A DNA stretch of 64,000 nt from an uncultured Thermoplasmatales archaeon (GTDB lineage: Archaea; Thermoplasmatota; E2; DHVEG-1), in contig CAZUBH010000003.1 of the NCBI GenBank assembly GCA_964618505.1, positions 20,687 through 84,686 of the forward strand, in the 5' to 3' direction. Every line of letters starts with the position of its first letter. The stretch's first letter is position 1. The position numbers and the translations under genes are program-made. Below the pieces are notes generated by a model. The model searched no databases. It worked only from the letters and a program-made list of their open reading frames with translations, and was not told the origin of the DNA. Shown piece after piece: positions 47,176-57,627 of this stretch.

Positions 47176-49845
47176 ATGACAACTTGGTATGATGTTGTAG
47201 AACCGCATGAAGATATTAAAAAAGGAGACTTTGATGAAGCAATATTTGCTGCAAAACTTGGAGATGTTGCTTTAGGAAAAGCAGTAGTTGATTATAACGA
47301 ACCATCACTTTTTTTCAAAAAAACCTATTTTACAGAGGGGATAAACAATCTTCTTTCAATGGTCTATAATAAACTTAAAAACGGTAAAGGATCATCCGTT
47401 GTTGAAATAAAAACTCCTTTTGGTGGTGGTAAAACACATGCGTTAATTGCAATTTATCATTATATCAAAAACGGCAATAAAGTAAGAAGCCAACTTCCTC
47501 AAAATTTAAAACCAATTGATGCAGATGTTGCAGTTATTGTTGGAACACAATTAAATCCCGTGGAAGGACATAATAGAGATGGAATAACAATAAACACCAT
47601 CTGGGGAGAAATAGTATATCAACTAGCTGGAAAAGACGGATATCAACGATTTGAAAAGAACGATAAAGATCGTATAGCACCGGGAAAAGAAAAACTCAGA
47701 GAATTTTTTGAACAATGCGGACCATTTGTAATTCTTTGTGATGAAGTATTACAATACATAACAAAAGCACGAGGAGTAAAATATCATGATACAAATCTTG
47801 CTTCACAAACATTTGCATTCCTACAAGAATTAACAGAAACAATATCATCATTGAATCATGGAATGCTTGTTGTAACTCTACCATCAAGCTATCTAGAAGA
47901 TTATACTGATAGAGAAGAAGAATCACTTGCAAAACTTGAAAAAGTCTTTGGAAGAATAGAATCAATAGAAACACCAGTTAAAGGAGAAGAAATATACTCA
48001 ATTATTCGAAGAAGACTATTTTCAACAATAATAAATGAAGAAGAAAAAAGTAATATTATCCTAAAATATTTTAAACATTATCAAAAACAAAAAGATGAAC
48101 TGCCTTCAAAAGCAAAAGAAGTTGATTACAAGAGAAAAATGGAACTATCTTATCCATTTCACCCTGAAGTAATAGATATACTCTATGAAAAATGGGGAAC
48201 CTTTTCATCATTTCAACGAACGAGAGGAGTATTAAGACTTCTTGCAAACGTAATAGAAGATTTATACAACAAAGAAACAAATATTGATATCATTCTACCC
48301 TCAGATATCAGACTTGATGCACCATCTGTACGACAAGAATTCATAAAACACATCGGAAGTGAATACGAAAGCATAATAGGCTCAGATATTTCAGGTCATG
48401 AAGCAAAAGCTTTACAACTAGATAAAGAAAACAAAGGATGGAAACATCTTGCAGAACGAATATCAACAGCAATATTTTTTTACTCATTTTCTGGAGACAA
48501 ATCAGAAAAAGGAGCAACACTAGAAAACATAAAATTCACAGTAATGCACACCGATACAATCACACCAATGATAACAGAAGTACTACAACGACTCAACAAA
48601 TCACTATGGTACATCAATGAAAGAGGAGAAATGTACCGATTTTCAAAAATACCAAATCTTAACAGAATGATACTTGACAAAAAAGAACTCTACAACGAAA
48701 CATATATAGACGAAATGATAAAGATCCTTCAAAAAGAAACAGGAAACGCGTTTCAAACCTTCCTATGGCCAAAAAAATCAGAAGACATACCAGATAACAA
48801 AGAAATAAAACTAGTAATACTCAGACCAGATGAAAAAGAAGACACACCACAAAAATGGCTAGAAAAGAAAGGAAACACTTTTAGAACATACAAAAACACA
48901 TTAATATTTGCATTAGCAGATCCAGCAGGATATGGAGCGTTCAAAGAAGAAATAAAAACATATCTTGCACTAAAAGAAATAGAACATGAAATAAAAACAG
49001 ACAAAGAAAGCGGCCTTACAGAAAAAACAGAAGAAGTAACCGAACGAATGAGAAGAATCAAAGACGATATATCATTTAACACTAGAAGAATGTATAACAT
49101 TCTAATAATCGGAAAAGAAAAAATATCCTTAGGCCAGCCAACAGTAGGAAAAGAAAGCCTATCTAACTGGTATAAAATAGAACTTGAATCAAGAGAAAAA
49201 ACAGCAACAAATCTACACTACAGATTTATTCTAAACAAATTCATGCAAGGAAAAGAAAAACTAGAAACAAAAATAATAATAGACCAATTCTACAAAGACC
49301 CAACATTTGTAATACCAACATCACAAGAAGTAATCAAGCGCTCAATACAACAAGGAATTGTAGAAGGAGCATTTGGATTAGGATACATACAAGATAACAA
49401 AATCGATAAAGACACAATAAAATATAAATCAAACATACCAACAAACTCAATATCCCTAGACGAAGGAGAAATCCTGATATCAAAAGAACTAGCAATAAAA
49501 CTACAACAAGAACAAACAGAAGAAGAACCAACACCACCTAATGAAGAAAAACCAAAAGGACCAGAATATCCCCAAGGAACAAGTGGTGGAGAAACACAAA
49601 TAAAAGAAGGAGAAAAAAGATACAAAAAAATCTCTTTGAGAATAGAGGACATCCCAGCATCAAAAATAGCAGATCTAAGCAGAGGCGTACTAATGCCAAT
49701 AAGTCGAGAAATAGGATCTTTTAAATTCAACATGGAAATTGAAATACAAAACGAAGAAGGGGTATCAGAAAAAACAATAAAAGACAAAGTAAAAGAAACC
49801 ATATCTCAAATAGGTGCAAAAATAACAAAGGATGAGTGTGAGTAA
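47176..49845 (+). CDS. DUF499-family P-loop ATPase (BrxC/PglY-like)
   Basis: 889 aa; P-loop TPFGGGKTHALIAIYHY; GGAGGG Shine-Dalgarno; 3 nt after the MTase stop. Confidence 0.7.
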   Translation: MTTWYDVVEPHEDIKKGDFDEAIFAAKLGDVALGKAVVDYNEPSLFFKKTYFTEGINNLLSMVYNKLKNGKGSSVVEIKTPFGGGKTHALIAIYHYIKNGNKVRSQLPQNLKPIDADVAVIVGTQLNPVEGHNRDGITINTIWGEIVYQLAGKDGYQRFEKNDKDRIAPGKEKLREFFEQCGPFVILCDEVLQYITKARGVKYHDTNLASQTFAFLQELTETISSLNHGMLVVTLPSSYLEDYTDREEESLAKLEKVFGRIESIETPVKGEEIYSIIRRRLFSTIINEEEKSNIILKYFKHYQKQKDELPSKAKEVDYKRKMELSYPFHPEVIDILYEKWGTFSSFQRTRGVLRLLANVIEDLYNKETNIDIILPSDIRLDAPSVRQEFIKHIGSEYESIIGSDISGHEAKALQLDKENKGWKHLAERISTAIFFYSFSGDKSEKGATLENIKFTVMHTDTITPMITEVLQRLNKSLWYINERGEMYRFSKIPNLNRMILDKKELYNETYIDEMIKILQKETGNAFQTFLWPKKSEDIPDNKEIKLVILRPDEKEDTPQKWLEKKGNTFRTYKNTLIFALADPAGYGAFKEEIKTYLALKEIEHEIKTDKESGLTEKTEEVTERMRRIKDDISFNTRRMYNILIIGKEKISLGQPTVGKESLSNWYKIELESREKTATNLHYRFILNKFMQGKEKLETKIIIDQFYKDPTFVIPTSQEVIKRSIQQGIVEGAFGLGYIQDNKIDKDTIKYKSNIPTNSISLDEGEILISKELAIKLQQEQTEEEPTPPNEEKPKGPEYPQGTSGGETQIKEGEKRYKKISLRIEDIPASKIADLSRGVLMPISREIGSFKFNMEIEIQNEEGVSEKTIKDKVKETISQIGAKITKDECE

Positions 49846-49847
49846 TA

Positions 49848-50975
49848 GTGGATAATACTGTTTCTCAACAAGAGATCAATTCCCTCATCTATAGAATGGA
49901 AAAACTCGAAAAGAAAAAGAATACAAAACGAAGAACAAGTGTGAAAGTAAACGGAAAAGAAATCCTTTTAAGAAAGGCGTATAAAGAACCAAAATTCCAT
50001 CATAAAACAGTACTAACCCATGATACTTGGAGATATGTTGATATTTTCCTGAAAGGGATGAGAAATAAAGAAGGAGATAAAGCAAGAAAATATTGGGAAC
50101 AAGCAAGGCAATTTTATATCGCTTCAAAACAATTAAAAGAATATGCTTCTCCTTTAACATTGTATTATTCTTATTTAAATGCTACAAAGGCGCTATTGTA
50201 TTCAAAGAAACATAGATTTGTCGACACATACCATGGGATTTCTAGTCTCGATAACGATGATTCGATCTCGATTTATAGTGAAAGAATACGATTATGTAAA
50301 GAAGGTGTCTTACCCGGGTTATGTGAGTATTATGGTGAAGATTCTTGCGAAAATATAGAATATTCTTTAAAATGGGTTCTTTACAATATACCTTATATAC
50401 ATCGTGCTTTCTCATTGACCTATTCGGGATCAAGTAATCTTTTCATACCAATTATGAATCCGATGTTTGTATATGATTCAAAGACTAAGGAAATATGGTT
50501 AGAATCTGAATTGGAACAAAAATACTCAAACAAAACCACTTTAAATATGCTAAAGAATTTTGAAATCGATGACTATTACAACAAGAACAATTATGTAATT
50601 AAGTCAAAAGAAAAACTAAAAGTAAATACATCATACTGTCTACAAAAAAAAGATATTGGAAAGTTTTTAACATTCTATCAGTGCATTAGAAAAAATGTTG
50701 ATTATATACATGGACCTAAAGATCTTTGGTACATTAAGAGGAGCCATATCTCAAATTCAATAAATCGTACTACAATGGTGTTAACACTTGCAGCTATGCA
50801 TAAGCTTAGTAGTTTAGCTAGATATCATCCCGAACGATTAGAAAAATATCTTTCAAAAAATACTCATTGGTTACTCTCAGAATTTATCCATATATCTCCA
50901 GATCAATTTATCGATCAGATTGCTTGTGAGATTACAGGATGTAATTTACAAATACCTGGCATTAAAATTGAATGA
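49848..50975 (+). CDS. Hypothetical protein, fourth gene of the helicase-MTase-ATPase operon
   Basis: 375 aa; GTG start 2 nt after the DUF499 stop; no motif recognised by eye (not PglZ-sized). Confidence 0.45.
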   Translation: MDNTVSQQEINSLIYRMEKLEKKKNTKRRTSVKVNGKEILLRKAYKEPKFHHKTVLTHDTWRYVDIFLKGMRNKEGDKARKYWEQARQFYIASKQLKEYASPLTLYYSYLNATKALLYSKKHRFVDTYHGISSLDNDDSISIYSERIRLCKEGVLPGLCEYYGEDSCENIEYSLKWVLYNIPYIHRAFSLTYSGSSNLFIPIMNPMFVYDSKTKEIWLESELEQKYSNKTTLNMLKNFEIDDYYNKNNYVIKSKEKLKVNTSYCLQKKDIGKFLTFYQCIRKNVDYIHGPKDLWYIKRSHISNSINRTTMVLTLAAMHKLSSLARYHPERLEKYLSKNTHWLLSEFIHISPDQFIDQIACEITGCNLQIPGIKIE

Positions 50976-51035
50976 AAACCTGTAAAAATATTAATAATGA
51001 GTCATGTATAAAATAGAATCATTTGAACCAAAAGG

Positions 51036-51164
51036 TTATTTCATATCTTTTTTTATTAGTTCTTCGATATAATCACTTATATCTTGATCTCTATCTATAC
51101 ATTTTTTCTTAACTGCTTTCCATAGTTCTGAATCAATTTTGATACTTGTTGTTTTTCTTACCAC
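51036..51164 (-). CDS. Possible ribbon-helix-helix (CopG-like) mini-protein, GTG start
   Basis: Hand-translated VVRKTTSIKIDSELWKAVKKKCIDRDQDISDYIEELIKKDMK; beta-strand + two helices pattern typical of RHH antitoxin-like proteins. Confidence 0.3.
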   Translation of the reverse strand: MVRKTTSIKIDSELWKAVKKKCIDRDQDISDYIEELIKKDMK

Positions 51165-51199
51165 ATTTTCTTCAAAGTATTATATCTTTATAATTTTAT

Positions 51200-52900
51200 C
51201 GCTTTATGTAAAGATACATTTATATATAGGTATTACATACTACTATAATACTGTAATACTATGAATGGGTTTTAAATGAAAACAACCAAACAAAGTATCT
51301 CCAAAACAGAAATTGAAAAGGAGATATACTGCACATTCGAACTATTCAACAAAGAAAAAAATATCAGCATAGCAGATTTCATAGAAAAACTCGATATCTC
51401 AACGATAAAACATCAAGACTATAGAAAAATAAAATTCTCATATGAATCACTCATAAGATTCATACTCTATCAAAAACTCAAAAAATTCAGATTCATAACA
51501 CAAACAAGACAACATCTTAAAATCCATCCGGAGGAAGGAATACAACTCGGTTTCAAAGAAATACCAAATAGAAGACAAATAGGATACTTCCAAAATCATA
51601 TACTTAACAAAGAAACAAAAGAATTACTTAATTTTATCATAAATAAAGTAGAAGAAATAACAGATAAGTTTGGAATAACACTTGATATAGTATCTCTAAA
51701 ACCAAAGAAGATAAAACCTACTAAGACCAGAAATCAATATTATATTAGAGATAAGAAAACCAGAGAGATCTGTCAACTTGTAAAAAAACGATTCTCACCT
51801 TTTATTGATTTCAAACTCAACTACAATAGCCTCTACAAGAAGAAGCAGTTCATTGATCTCATGATACACATGGGGATGACAAGGGATTTTGCTGAAAATG
51901 GTAGTAAAACATTCAAGGAAATCAAAGGGCAAAAAAGCCCAAACTCAGATACTCTCCTATATCATATTAAAAATCATAATGATTTAAAAGAAATACAAAA
52001 AATGTATCTCACCCTTTTTGAAATACTATGGGAAATGACAAAACAAACAAATGTTATTGATCTCAGAAAATCATATGATGTAGCAATTGATTATACTGAA
52101 TGGTATTTCTATGGAGATAGAAGCACTCCAATGGTTGTTGGCAAAAAACCTGAAAGAGGAACCAGTAAATGCTACAAGTTTGCAACCATCAACATAGTTG
52201 AATCAGGAAAAAGATTTACATTACTTGCATTACCTGTAGGCGCGTTCGATACAAAAGAAAAGATCTTGAAACAACTGTTTACCTATGCTTTGAAACGAAT
52301 TAGAATCAAACGAGTTTATGTTGATCGTGGATTTTTTGATTCAAAATCGATAAACACAATAAAACAGTTCAGACTAAAGTTTCTCATGCCTTGTACAGCA
52401 AACGCGAGAATAAAGAAAATCCTGGACATTATGCCTTCTCCGACAGTAATAAATGATTACGAAATGGAAAATACACTTTTTAATGTAGTAATAGTAGAAG
52501 ATGATGATGGAAACAAACGAGCATTTGCCACCAATGAACAATTCAACGAAAACGATGTAGATCTGGCAACAAGACTCTTTCTTCTTTATGGTAAAAGATG
52601 GGGTATAGAGACGAGTTATAAAGTCAAAAAACATTCATTTCTACCTAAGACAACCTCTAAGAATTATCTTATTAGAATATTCTACTTTTTATTTTCAGTA
52701 TTGTTGTATAATCTTTGGTTACTTGCGGATATTCTTATCTGGCTTGCTCTCTTTGGAGAAGTAAAACAAGACCATCTCATTACCTCAAAATACTTTGGAA
52801 CCATACTTTATACAATAGATCCTGGAGGAGGATAACATGATACTTCAAATCAAATCTTTATTACCTTTTTCGCCTTAATTTATAATAGATCTATATTCTA
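51200..52900 (+). mobile_element. IS element (IS4/ISH3-like); ends approximate, terminal inverted repeats not resolved by eye
   Basis: Single transposase ORF with TATA-like catttatatatagg ~50 nt upstream; same A-rich codon style as the adjacent DUF499 gene. Confidence 0.4.
51276..52835 (+). CDS. DDE transposase, IS4/ISH3-like family
   Basis: D in AIDYTEWYFYGD, D in RVYVDRGFFD, and E in the YGKRWGIETSYKVKK (Y-x2-R-x3-E-x6-K) motif. Confidence 0.8.
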   Translation: MKTTKQSISKTEIEKEIYCTFELFNKEKNISIADFIEKLDISTIKHQDYRKIKFSYESLIRFILYQKLKKFRFITQTRQHLKIHPEEGIQLGFKEIPNRRQIGYFQNHILNKETKELLNFIINKVEEITDKFGITLDIVSLKPKKIKPTKTRNQYYIRDKKTREICQLVKKRFSPFIDFKLNYNSLYKKKQFIDLMIHMGMTRDFAENGSKTFKEIKGQKSPNSDTLLYHIKNHNDLKEIQKMYLTLFEILWEMTKQTNVIDLRKSYDVAIDYTEWYFYGDRSTPMVVGKKPERGTSKCYKFATINIVESGKRFTLLALPVGAFDTKEKILKQLFTYALKRIRIKRVYVDRGFFDSKSINTIKQFRLKFLMPCTANARIKKILDIMPSPTVINDYEMENTLFNVVIVEDDDGNKRAFATNEQFNENDVDLATRLFLLYGKRWGIETSYKVKKHSFLPKTTSKNYLIRIFYFLFSVLLYNLWLLADILIWLALFGEVKQDHLITSKYFGTILYTIDPGGG

Positions 52901-53045
52901 TATTTTTAGTAAAAATTACCTTATTTTTCCTCTCAACAGATGAGAAATCTTGTTTTTCTCCATATCAAAACCTATTTATACACAGTTTCTTTCCTGAATT
53001 TCTCTTGTTTTTGATCACTTTCGGAACTACTGCTTAAGACGAAAT

Positions 53046-53053
53046 ATTTATAT
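53046..53053 (+). promoter_or_regulatory. Putative archaeal TATA box (tttatata) for the thermosome gene
   Basis: ~54 nt upstream of ATG 53107 with GGAGGT Shine-Dalgarno at 53093-53098. Confidence 0.35.
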
Positions 53054-53106
53054 AGAAGTGTTTGTATGCACGTTTTAAATTTAGATTAAAATGGAGGTAG
53101 AATTTT

Positions 53107-54768
53107 ATGATGGCCGGTGGTCAACAACCTATTATAATCTTAAAAGAAGGAACTAAACGAGAAAAAGGTAAAGGCGCACAATTTAACAATATAATGGCTG
53201 CAAGAGCAATATCTGATGCAGTCAAGTCAACACTTGGTCCAAAAGGAATGGACAAGATGTTGGTCGACTCTATGGGAGATGCAACAGTAACAAATGATGG
53301 TGCAACAATTTTAAAAGAAATTGACGTAGAGCATCCAGCAGCAAAAATGATTGTTGAAGTTGCAAAAGCACAAGATGAAGAATGTGGTGATGGAACAACC
53401 TCTGCAGTAATTCTCACAGGAGAATTATTAAAATATGCGGGAGAACTTCTAGAACAAAACATTCATCCAACTGTAATAACACATGGTTACAAACTTGCTT
53501 CAGAAAAAGCAATTGAAACATTGAATCAAATGGCAATGCCATTAAAAACATCTGATAAAAAAACACTAAAAAACATTGCAATAACTTCAATGTCAAGTAA
53601 AGGCGCAAGCGCTGCAAAAGAAATACTTGCTGATGTTGTTGTCGATGCAGTAACAAGCGTTGCAGAAAAAGATGGAACAAAAACATATGTAGATATGGAT
53701 AACATCCAAATCCAAAAGAAACATGGTGGCAGCATTTCAGATACAAATATAATCAAAGGAATAATCCTTGATAAAGAACGAGTACATGAAGGAATGCCAA
53801 AACATGTAAAAAACGCAAAAATCGCTCTTGTAAATGCTGCTCTTGAAGTAAGAAAAACTGAAGTAGATGCAAGAATCCAAATAAATGATCCAACTCAACT
53901 TCAAGCATTTTTAGATGAAGAAGAAGGAATGCTTAAAAAAATGGTAGAAAAAGTCAAAAAGAGTGGCGCAAACGTACTTGTCTGTCAAAAAGGAATTGAT
54001 GACTTAGCACAACACTATCTTGCAAAACATGGAATTTACTCAGTAAGAAGAGCAAAGAAATCTGATATGGAAAAGCTTTCAAAAGCAACTGGTGCAAATG
54101 TTGTAGCAAATCTAGATGACTTAACATCAAAAGATTTAGGTATTGCTGGAAATGTAGAAGAAAGAAAAATCGGTGAAGATAAGATGACATTCGTAACAGA
54201 TTGCAGAAATCCAAAGGCAGTATCAATACTTATCAGAGGAAGTACAGAACATGTTGTTGATGAGCTTGATAGAGGTCTTCACGATGCTTTATTTGTTACC
54301 AAAGTGGCACTTGAAGATGGAAAAATGACACCTGGTGGTGGTGCAGCAGCAACAAAAGTTTCAATGGCTCTTAGAGAATATGCAACATCTGTTGGTGGAA
54401 GAGAACAAATGGCAATTGAAGCATTTGCAGATGCAATTGAAGTTGTTCCAAAAACGCTTGCAGAAAATGCTGGAATGGACCCAATTGATATGATGCTTGA
54501 AATGAGAAGACTTCACAAGAAAGGAAACAAATACGCTGGAATTGACGTAACAGGCGGAAAAGTTGGAGACATGCTTAAATCCAATGTAATAGAACCACTC
54601 AGAGTCAGCGTAAATGAAGTTCAAGCAGCAACTGAAGCCGCAACAATGATTCTTAGAATCGATGATGTAATCGCCTCTAAAAGTGGAGGCGGTGGCGGAA
54701 TGCCTGCTGGTGCTGGAGGCATGGGCGGCATGCCACCAGGCGGAATGCCTGGCATGGGTGACTACTAA
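53107..54768 (+). CDS. ths: Thermosome subunit (group II chaperonin)
   Basis: 553 aa; ATP-binding GDGTTS, and C-terminal GGMPGMGDY tail typical of thermosomes. Confidence 0.95.
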   Translation: MMAGGQQPIIILKEGTKREKGKGAQFNNIMAARAISDAVKSTLGPKGMDKMLVDSMGDATVTNDGATILKEIDVEHPAAKMIVEVAKAQDEECGDGTTSAVILTGELLKYAGELLEQNIHPTVITHGYKLASEKAIETLNQMAMPLKTSDKKTLKNIAITSMSSKGASAAKEILADVVVDAVTSVAEKDGTKTYVDMDNIQIQKKHGGSISDTNIIKGIILDKERVHEGMPKHVKNAKIALVNAALEVRKTEVDARIQINDPTQLQAFLDEEEGMLKKMVEKVKKSGANVLVCQKGIDDLAQHYLAKHGIYSVRRAKKSDMEKLSKATGANVVANLDDLTSKDLGIAGNVEERKIGEDKMTFVTDCRNPKAVSILIRGSTEHVVDELDRGLHDALFVTKVALEDGKMTPGGGAAATKVSMALREYATSVGGREQMAIEAFADAIEVVPKTLAENAGMDPIDMMLEMRRLHKKGNKYAGIDVTGGKVGDMLKSNVIEPLRVSVNEVQAATEAATMILRIDDVIASKSGGGGGMPAGAGGMGGMPPGGMPGMGDY

Positions 54769-54804
54769 AACAATCATCCTCTCTTTTTTTATTTTTAAGA
54801 TATC

Positions 54805-55326
54805 ATGACCACTAAAAAACCTAGTGATAAAAAGAAAACTGATGCTAAAAATTTAGAAAAGAAGATAAAAGAGATGGAAGAAGAAATTAATAAAATAAAA
54901 GAAGAACTCAAGATTAAAAATGATAAATATTTGAGAAGTTGTGCAGACTTTCAGAATTATAAAAATAGAATAGAAAAAGAATATGAATTTAATAAAACAG
55001 ATGTAGTAAGAAAATATCTGGAAGAATTGTTTGAAATTTATGAACTATTGAAAAAAGCAATTGAAGACAAAAAACCGCAAGAAGGACTAAATCTTATTAT
55101 ACAAAATATGAACAATTTCTTCGAAAAAGAAGAAATAAAATGTATTGAAACTATCGGTAGGGAATTTGACCATAACCTTCATCATGCGGTTACAACCATA
55201 GAAAAAAAAGATTGTAAAGAAAATGAAATTGTTGATGAAATTAAAAAAGGATATAAAATGAAAAATAAAGTAATAAAACCTGCTCAAGTAGTAGTTGCAA
55301 AAAAAAGTGAAAATAAGGAGGTGTGA
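54805..55326 (+). CDS. grpE: Nucleotide exchange factor GrpE
   Basis: 173 aa; coiled-coil N-terminus, [14 protein letters not shown]-terminal VVVAKK beta-domain. Confidence 0.8.
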   Translation: MTTKKPSDKKKTDAKNLEKKIKEMEEEINKIKEELKIKNDKYLRSCADFQNYKNRIEKEYEFNKTDVVRKYLEELFEIYELLKKAIEDKKPQEGLNLIIQNMNNFFEKEEIKCIETIGREFDHNLHHAVTTIEKKDCKENEIVDEIKKGYKMKNKVIKPAQVVVAKKSENKEV

Positions 55327-55330
55327 TTAT

Positions 55331-57178
55331 ATGGGAAAAATTATTGGAATAGATCTAGGAACTACAAATTCTGAAGTAGCATTTATGGAAGGTGGAAAGC
55401 CAACCATAATAAAAAGTGCTGAAGGGCAAACATATTTTCCATCTGTAGTAGCATTTACAAAAGATGGTGAAAAACTTGTTGGAGAAGCTGCAAAAAGACA
55501 AGCTGTGACAAATCCCGAAGGAACTATTCAGAGAGTAAAAAGAAAAATGGGTAAGGATGAAAAAATAAAACTTCATGGTAAACAATATACACCTCAACAA
55601 ATATCGGCTTTTATTTTACAAAAGATAAAAAAAGATGCTGAAGACTATATTGGCGAAAAGATAACAGATGCGGTAATTACTGTTCCTGCCTATTTTAACG
55701 ATGACCAGCGTCAGGCAACAAAAGATGCGGGAAAAATTGCTGGGCTTAATGTTAAACGTATCTTAAATGAACCAACAGCAGCATCTCTTGCTTACGGACT
55801 TGATAAAGAAGGCGACCACAAAATAGCAGTATATGATTTTGGTGGAGGAACCTTTGATATTACACTTATGGAAGTAGGCGATGGAGTATTTGAGGTTCTT
55901 TCAACAAATGGAGATACAGAGCTTGGTGGTTCAGATATTGATCAAGCAGTATTAGATTATATTGTAGAACAGTTCAAAAAAGAAAATAAATTTGATCTAA
56001 AAAAAGATGCGAAAACTTTACAGCGCATCTTAGAAGCTGCTGAAACAGCTAAAAAGGAATTATCATCAACACTACAAACCGAAATTAACTTACCATACAT
56101 AACTGTAGTTGATAATGAACCTAAACACTTAGAAATGAAGCTTACAAGGGCACAATTTGAAAAGATAATCTCTCCAATTGTTGACAAGACAGAAAAACCA
56201 TGCAAACAGGCACTTTCTGATGCTAAGTTGAAACCTTCAGATATAGATCACATCGTACTTGTTGGTGGTACAACTAGAATTCCTCTGGTTCAAAAGAAAG
56301 TAGAAGAAATATTTGGTAGCAAGCCAAAAAGAGATGTTGATCCAATGGAATGTGTTGCAATTGGTGCTGCAATACAAGCGGGGGTTCTATCTGGAGATAT
56401 AGATAAAGATATTGTACTGTTAGATGTAACGCCTTTAACGCTAAGTATTGAAACACTTGGTGGAGTTGCAACGCCTCTTATTGATAGAAATACAACAGTC
56501 CCTACAAAGAAAAGTAAAACCTTTTCAACTGCAGCTGACAATCAAACTAGCGTAGATATTAATGTATTACAGGGAGAAAGGCCGATGGCTGTTGATAATA
56601 AAAGTCTTGGAAGATTTCATTTAGATGGGATTTTACCAGCGCCCCGAGGAATACCCCAGATAGAAGTATCATTTGATATTGATGCAGATGGAATTCTCAA
56701 TGTTTCTGCAAAAGATTTAGGAACTGGTAAAGAACAATCTATCAGAATTACAGGCTCAACAAAACTAACAGATGACGAAATAGAAAAAATGAAAAAAGAT
56801 GCTGAAGAACATGCAGAAGAAGACAAGAAAAGAAAGGAAAAAATAGAAGTTAGAAACAATGCAGATGCACTAGTAAATAGTACAGAAAAAACCTTAGAAG
56901 AGCTTAAAGATAAGATTTCAGAAAAAGATAAAAAAGAAATTGAAGCTAAATTAAAAGAGCTTAGAGAAGCACTTACTGGAGAAGATATTGGTAAAATCAA
57001 GGAAAAAACTGACGGCTTAACAAAAGCCTTTCAAAAGATTTCTCAAGAAATCTATCAAAAAGCTGCTCAACAAGCACAACAAAATCAACAGGCAGCAGGA
57101 AATACTGATCAAAAACCAAAAGACGACACAATAAATGCAGATTACAAAGTAAAAGACGAAAAAGATAAAAAAGATTAA
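55331..57178 (+). CDS. dnaK: Chaperone DnaK (Hsp70)
   Basis: [14 protein letters not shown] start with AGGAGGTG Shine-Dalgarno; DFGGGTFD; [11 protein letters not shown]; ORF-track start 55295 rejected in favour of ATG 55331. Confidence 0.95.
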   Translation: MGKIIGIDLGTTNSEVAFMEGGKPTIIKSAEGQTYFPSVVAFTKDGEKLVGEAAKRQAVTNPEGTIQRVKRKMGKDEKIKLHGKQYTPQQISAFILQKIKKDAEDYIGEKITDAVITVPAYFNDDQRQATKDAGKIAGLNVKRILNEPTAASLAYGLDKEGDHKIAVYDFGGGTFDITLMEVGDGVFEVLSTNGDTELGGSDIDQAVLDYIVEQFKKENKFDLKKDAKTLQRILEAAETAKKELSSTLQTEINLPYITVVDNEPKHLEMKLTRAQFEKIISPIVDKTEKPCKQALSDAKLKPSDIDHIVLVGGTTRIPLVQKKVEEIFGSKPKRDVDPMECVAIGAAIQAGVLSGDIDKDIVLLDVTPLTLSIETLGGVATPLIDRNTTVPTKKSKTFSTAADNQTSVDINVLQGERPMAVDNKSLGRFHLDGILPAPRGIPQIEVSFDIDADGILNVSAKDLGTGKEQSIRITGSTKLTDDEIEKMKKDAEEHAEEDKKRKEKIEVRNNADALVNSTEKTLEELKDKISEKDKKEIEAKLKELREALTGEDIGKIKEKTDGLTKAFQKISQEIYQKAAQQAQQNQQAAGNTDQKPKDDTINADYKVKDEKDKKD

Positions 57179-57627
57179 ATTAAATCTTTTATCTTTTCCT
57201 TATCATCATTTTTTTCATTTGGTCTTATTATCATAACAGAACAAGGGGCTCTTTTTAATACCTCTTCTGATACGCTTCCTAATAAAAATCTATTAAATCC
57301 AGTTCTACCGTGACTTGCCATAACAATTAAATCTTCATCATCAGTATAATTAACAATTTCATCTGCTGGAACTCCTCTTTTTAGCTCTGTAGAAACATTC
57401 ACACCTTTTTGCTCAGCTATTTGTTTAACTTGATCTAAATTTTTTATTTTTGTTTCGTTAAGTTTATTTTCTAAAAGAGTTGAAAGAACGTATTGCTGAG
57501 CCTCATTTATAGAAATAAGTGTAACATCAACATTTAATAATTTAGCAAAATATGCACCTTGCTCGGTCGCAATTTTAGACGCTTCAGTGTCATCAATTGG
57601 AACAACAACTCTTTTTATTTTTTTCAT
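57175..57627 (-). CDS. Universal stress protein (UspA family)
   Basis: 150 aa; [37 protein letters not shown]. Confidence 0.85.
   Translation of the reverse strand: MKKIKRVVVPIDDTEASKIATEQGAYFAKLLNVDVTLISINEAQQYVLSTLLENKLNETKIKNLDQVKQIAEQKGVNVSTELKRGVPADEIVNYTDDEDLIVMASHGRTGFNRFLLGSVSEEVLKRAPCSVMIIRPNEKNDDKEKIKDLI

Noticed and set aside
49290-49802. 170-aa minus-strand ORF inside the DUF499 gene (plus several 60-115-aa antisense ORFs in 47.6-49.1 kb and within the helicase and thermosome genes)
   Set aside because: Antisense frames of A-rich coding sequence are naturally stop-poor; Ser/Leu-rich junk translations.
51200-52900. Terminal inverted repeats of the IS element
   Set aside because: Could not find convincing reverse-complement matches by eye between the regions flanking the transposase gene; the element boundaries are left approximate.
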